A DNA stretch of 32,000 nucleotides, from the NCBI RefSeq assembly GCF_001457595.1, contig NZ_LN831039.1, positions 5,850,001 through 5,882,000 on the forward strand. Reading direction: 5' to 3'. The notes under the pieces were generated by a model. The model worked only from the letters and a program-made list of their open reading frames with translations, searched no databases and had not been told where the DNA came from. Source of the stretch: Mycolicibacterium smegmatis. Lineage in GTDB: Bacteria > Actinomycetota > Actinomycetes > Mycobacteriales > Mycobacteriaceae. Of this stretch, positions 28,896 to 32,000 are shown in pieces; positions within the stretch are counted from its first letter, which is position 1, and each line of letters starts with the position of its first letter. A program made the translations under genes and the position numbers.

Positions 28896-28928
28896 GTCGA
28901 GGTCGCCTGAGTCAAGGTCGCCTGAGGA
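28884..28928 (+). repeat. Three 15-nt tandem copies spanning the sseC stop codon
   Basis: AAGGTCGCCTGAGTC / GAGGTCGCCTGAGTC / AAGGTCGCCTGAGGA. Confidence 0.85.
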
Positions 28929-28937
28929 CCCGGCGTC

Positions 28938-28986
28938 AACAGCGATGCCCGCAGCGTCTCATCGAGGCGCTGCGGGCATCGCTGTT
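28938..28986 (+). terminator. Long perfect inverted repeat downstream of sseC
   Basis: AACAGCGATGCCCGCAGCG (28938-28956) / CGCTGCGGGCATCGCTGTT (28968-28986); 19-bp perfect arms, 11-nt loop, no T tract. Confidence 0.65.
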
Positions 28987-29062
28987 CGCGTTACGGGCCT
29001 GCGCCGTCGGTTGACCCGGGCCAGGGCGAAAGCCTCGGCACCCTGCGGTTACACTGCTTGAC

Positions 29063-29161
29063 GTGGTGCTCTTCTTCGAGATCCTGCTTGTCGCGGCCGT
29101 GCTGGTCATCACGTGGTTCGCGGTGTACGCGCTGTACCGTCTGGTCACCGACGAGTCGTGA
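29063..29161 (+). CDS. Leaderless small membrane protein (32 aa)
   Basis: GTG at 29063 7 nt after TACACT (29050-29055); translates [32 protein letters not shown]; stop overlaps next GTG (GTGA). Not in the supplied ORF track because of its length. Confidence 0.65.
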   Translation: MVLFFEILLVAAVLVITWFAVYALYRLVTDES

Positions 29162-29814
29162 CGTCCGCCGGGGACACTCCTGAGCGCGGCTCGGGCGACC
29201 GCGCGGTGGCCGAGGCTGCCGAACGTGCCAAAGCGACCGGCGCGCGCAACATCCCGGTCTTCGACGACCTTCCGCTGCCCGCCGACACCGCCAATCTGCG
29301 TGACGGCGTGAGCCTGAGCGATTCGCTGCTCGCGTTGCTGCCGCTGGTCGGTGTGTGGCGCGGCGAGGGCGAGGGCCGTGACGCCGACGGCGACTACCGC
29401 TTCGGCCAGCAGATCGTGGTCTCCCACGACGGCGGCGACTACCTGAACTGGGAAGCCCGTTCGTGGCGCCTCGACGAGTCCGGCGAGTACCACTCCCCCG
29501 CGCTGCGTGAGACGGGCTACTGGCGGTTCGTCAGTGATCCCGCGGATCCGCACGAGACCCAGGCGATCGAGCTGCTGCTCGCACATTCGTCGGGCTACAT
29601 CGAACTGTTCTACGGCAGGCCGCTCAACCAGTCCTCGTGGGAACTGGTCACCGATGCGCTGGCCCGCAGCAAGTCCGGGACGCTGGTCGGCGGTGCCAAA
29701 CGGCTGTACGGCATCGTCGAAGGCGGCGATCTCGGTTATGTCGAGGAACGAGTGGACGCCGACGGCGGGCTGGTCCCGCATCTGTCGGCCCGATTGTCGA
29801 GGTACGTCGGCTAG
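29158..29814 (+). CDS. Nitrobindin / FABP-like heme-binding protein (DUF1794)
   Basis: [16 protein letters not shown]...[24 protein letters not shown]...ETGYWRF; nitrobindin GxWxGxG motif. Confidence 0.9.
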   Translation: MTSAGDTPERGSGDRAVAEAAERAKATGARNIPVFDDLPLPADTANLRDGVSLSDSLLALLPLVGVWRGEGEGRDADGDYRFGQQIVVSHDGGDYLNWEARSWRLDESGEYHSPALRETGYWRFVSDPADPHETQAIELLLAHSSGYIELFYGRPLNQSSWELVTDALARSKSGTLVGGAKRLYGIVEGGDLGYVEERVDADGGLVPHLSARLSRYVG

Positions 29815-29822
29815 TGCCCAAT

Positions 29823-30104
29823 ATGCGCCATGCGGCGGCGATCTTCGCCGTGGCCGCTGCCCTGTTGTCCGCGTGTGGTTCGAACGATTCCGAGCCCACC
29901 ACCACCACCGAGACCGGCGGCTCGCAGAGCGAGACCCCGACCGGTCACGGCTCGTATGCCCACTGCCTGTCCGAGCACGGCGTCTCTGCGCCTCCCGGAC
30001 CGGTGGCCGGCCCGCCGCCCGGGGTTGACCAGCAGAAGTGGCAGGAGGCCATGGACGCGTGCGCGACGCTGGCGCCCGGCCCCGCAGAGGCTCCGCAGGG
30101 CTGA
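29823..30104 (+). CDS. Small lipoprotein with YxxCLxEHG...PPGVxQxxWxxAxxAC module
   Basis: Signal plus lipobox AALLSACGS; mature YAHCLSEHGVSAPP...PPGVDQQKWQEAMDACATLAP. GTG 29814 is an alternative start. Confidence 0.75.
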   Translation: MRHAAAIFAVAAALLSACGSNDSEPTTTTETGGSQSETPTGHGSYAHCLSEHGVSAPPGPVAGPPPGVDQQKWQEAMDACATLAPGPAEAPQG

Positions 30105-30182
30105 CGTCTCGGCGGGCGTCTCACAGCCGGCGCATAGCGGGCAAAAAGTTGCTGCTCAGCGCGCCTTCCTACCGTCACAGGC

Positions 30183-30560
30183 GTGATACAGACAGTTCTG
30201 CGTTCGACGCTCGCCGGCCTGGCCGCGGCCGCACTCGTCGGTTCCGTCGCGGCATGTTCGTCGTCGGAAGATCCGGCCGCGTCGGCGTCCACCGGTGCCG
30301 TCACGTCCGCTGAAACCACCGCCTTCGATGCGTACGGGCAGTGCCTCATCGAACACGGCATGCCCGCACCACCTGCGGGATTCGGGCCCCCGCCGGGACA
30401 TCCGGACGGGCCGCCACCTCCGCCGCCCGGCGGCACGCCTCCCGGCGGGCCTCCTGGTGATGGTCAGGCTCCGCCTCCGCCGCCAGGCGTGGAACAGGCC
30501 GACTGGGACGACGCACGCGCGGCGTGCGAATCGCTCGCGCCCGCTTCGCCGCCCCGGTAG
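30183..30560 (+). CDS. Small Pro-rich lipoprotein, paralog of the preceding one
   Basis: Lipobox SVAACSS; YGQCLIEHGMPAPPAGFGPPP...PPPPPGVEQADWDDARAACESLAP; start at GTG 30183. Confidence 0.75.
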   Translation: MIQTVLRSTLAGLAAAALVGSVAACSSSEDPAASASTGAVTSAETTAFDAYGQCLIEHGMPAPPAGFGPPPGHPDGPPPPPPGGTPPGGPPGDGQAPPPPPGVEQADWDDARAACESLAPASPPR

Positions 30561-30573
30561 GGCCACGCGGTAA

Positions 30574-30643
30574 CCGCCCCCAGATATGGGGCGGCCCCCG
30601 AGCCGTTGTTCCTGGTTGGACTGACCAAGGGGCTCGGGGGCCG
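30574..30643. repeat. Two overlapping, mutually exclusive inverted repeats in a convergent intergenic region
   Basis: CCGCCCC (30574-30580)/GGGGCGG (30588-30594), and CGGCCCCCGAGCC (30592-30604)/GGCTCGGGGGCCG (30631-30643). Confidence 0.75.
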
Positions 30644-30812
30644 GGTGGCTGCGGGGAATTCGCCAGCGCGCGCGGGCTATTCTCCCGGCGCTGCTAGCGG
30701 GCAGCCACCTCACATGTCCATAAGTCACTCAATTTGTCGGACCACCTCCTTCCCTGTGTAAAGGCGAAGGTACCCGCGTGAGCTGCGCCCTTCAAGCTAT
30801 TTTCTCCAATGC

Positions 30813-31700
30813 TCAGCGATCACCGAGGATCGCGGTGTCGACCAGGCCCGCGATGTCGGGTGCCGAGGCCGAGGTGCGCAGCCGCGTGCCGTCGAGGGTG
30901 TGCACGCGGGCGGCCAGCGTGATGCTCGAGATCAGCCAGATCCCTTGTGCGGTAAGGAGATCCGCAGGGCGTAGGGCGCGGTAGTCGCAGTCGATGCCCT
31001 TGTTGCGCGCCGTTTCGAACAGGGCCTGCTGGGTGGTGCCGCGCAAGATCGGGTACCACGGCGGCGGCGTGAGCAGCAGTGGCTGCCCGTCGTCGCCGCG
31101 CGTGGCGATCACCACGGTGGAGCGCGGCCCCTCGAGCAGGAACCCGTCGGAGCTCACGAAGATCACGTCTCCCGCGCCGTTGCGTGCGGCGTGACGCAGC
31201 GCGGCCATGTTCACCGCGTACGACAACGTCTTGGCGCCCGCGGCCAGCCAGGGCATCTCGCTGGCGCCGACCGGAAGGCCACGGTCGAGCGTGATCGCGG
31301 GGACGCCGTGCCGTCGTGCACCGGCCACCCGGTCGGCGAGCGCGCCGATCGTGGCGAACGCCGTCGGCGGCCCGCCACCTTCGCGGCCCCGGCTGTACAC
31401 GAGCCGCAGCACACCCTCCTCACCGTTCGCGGAGTGCTCGCTCGTCCACCGCTTCACACCGAGGGCCACCGCGGCCCGCCACGCGTCCAGGTCCGGCTCG
31501 GGCAGATCCAGCATCCTGGCGGATTGGGCGAGCCGCGCGAGGTGTGCCTCGAGCAGGCAGGGCCGCCCGTCGCGCACCAGCAGCGTCTCGAACACACCGT
31601 CGCCGCGGACCGCCGCCAGGTCGTCGGCGCACAGCAGCGGCGCGTCCGGATCGTGCAGTTGACCGTCGAGGGTGACCAGCACCGCTGGATGGCTTGCCAT
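30813..31700 (-). CDS. pabC: Aminodeoxychorismate lyase / class IV aminotransferase
   Basis: RGDGVFETLLVRDGRPCLLEAHLARLAQSARML, KTLSYAVNMAALRHAARNGAGDVIFVSSDGFLLEGPRSTV. Confidence 0.88.
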   Translation of the reverse strand: MASHPAVLVTLDGQLHDPDAPLLCADDLAAVRGDGVFETLLVRDGRPCLLEAHLARLAQSARMLDLPEPDLDAWRAAVALGVKRWTSEHSANGEEGVLRLVYSRGREGGGPPTAFATIGALADRVAGARRHGVPAITLDRGLPVGASEMPWLAAGAKTLSYAVNMAALRHAARNGAGDVIFVSSDGFLLEGPRSTVVIATRGDDGQPLLLTPPPWYPILRGTTQQALFETARNKGIDCDYRALRPADLLTAQGIWLISSITLAARVHTLDGTRLRTSASAPDIAGLVDTAILGDR

Positions 31701-31782
31701 GGGGCCAAAGCGTAGCCCCGGTCCTCAGTGAGTGGTGCCGCCGCGAGCGGTGGGGACGACGCGGGTTCCCTAGAGTTGATGT

Positions 31783-32000
31783 ATGTCAGCAGTTCCTACG
31801 CCCGAGGGCAGTCCCGATGCCGGTGCCGTGTGGCACTACGGCGACCCACTCGGCGAGCAGCGCAGCGCGGCCACCGACGCGGTCGTGATCGACCGGTCCC
31901 ACCGGGCGGTGCTCGCGTTGACCGGCAAGGACCGCCAGGGATGGCTGCACAACATCTCGAGTCAGCACGTCAGCGCACAGCCCGACGGCACCGTCACCGA
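31783..32000 (+). CDS. YgfZ/GcvT-type folate-binding protein, N-terminal part (runs off the window)
   Basis: Direct translation MSAVPTPEGSPDAGAVWHYGDPLGEQRSAATDAVVIDRSHRAVLALTGKDRQGWLHNISSQHVSAQPDGTVT; TAGAGT 6 nt before ATG suggests leaderless. Confidence 0.85.
   Translation, partial: MSAVPTPEGSPDAGAVWHYGDPLGEQRSAATDAVVIDRSHRAVLALTGKDRQGWLHNISSQHVSAQPDGTVT

Noticed and set aside
27245-28939. 564-aa minus-strand ORF opposite DUF4395 and cysA2
   Set aside because: Antisense shadow of two well-supported genes; no recognisable domain.
28936-29781. 281-aa minus-strand ORF opposite the microprotein and nitrobindin gene
   Set aside because: No domain; starts in the antisense of the nitrobindin gene and terminates in the inverted repeat.

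Overview
The window is GC-rich actinobacterial chromosome, very likely Mycolicibacterium (M. smegmatis-like); this is inferred from remembered gene content and order, with no search run. The left end (1-2222) carries a partial phosphoesterase, an SMI1/KNR4 (SUKH) protein and a complete tyrosine integrase abutting a tRNA cluster (Phe, Asp, Glu on minus, Lys on plus), which looks like the edge of an integrated element. Next come a PE-PPE-domain hydrolase, a MocR-type regulator followed by a tight four-gene operon (cupin, quinone oxidoreductase, alpha/beta hydrolase, HD protein), a truncated hemoglobin, a DUF732 protein, a DUF2236/MpaB-type oxygenase with a divergent TetR regulator, and three tandem secreted PASTA-like paralogs. 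From about 12.7 kb the order resembles the M. tuberculosis Rv0824c-Rv0811c region: desA1, dusB, LytR-CpsA-Psr gene, phoU, (MarR/QOR insertion), pstBACS, mshD, glnR, lmeA, thiX, polycysteine leader ORF, DUF4395 gene, cysA2, sseC2, nitrobindin, two lipoproteins, pabC-like gene and ygfZ-like gene. Points worth a second look are: a one-base frameshift splitting the LytR-CpsA-Psr gene from its LytR_C domain; the tandem PASTA-like 'STPDE' family with a potential start-codon-sequestering hairpin; an unannotated leaderless small membrane ORF before the nitrobindin gene; a polycysteine uORF with complementarity reaching the downstream RBS (a known class); short repeats spanning stop codons in three genes; a paired lipoprotein module; and a structured convergent intergenic region. 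No CRISPR array or clear novel defence system is visible.
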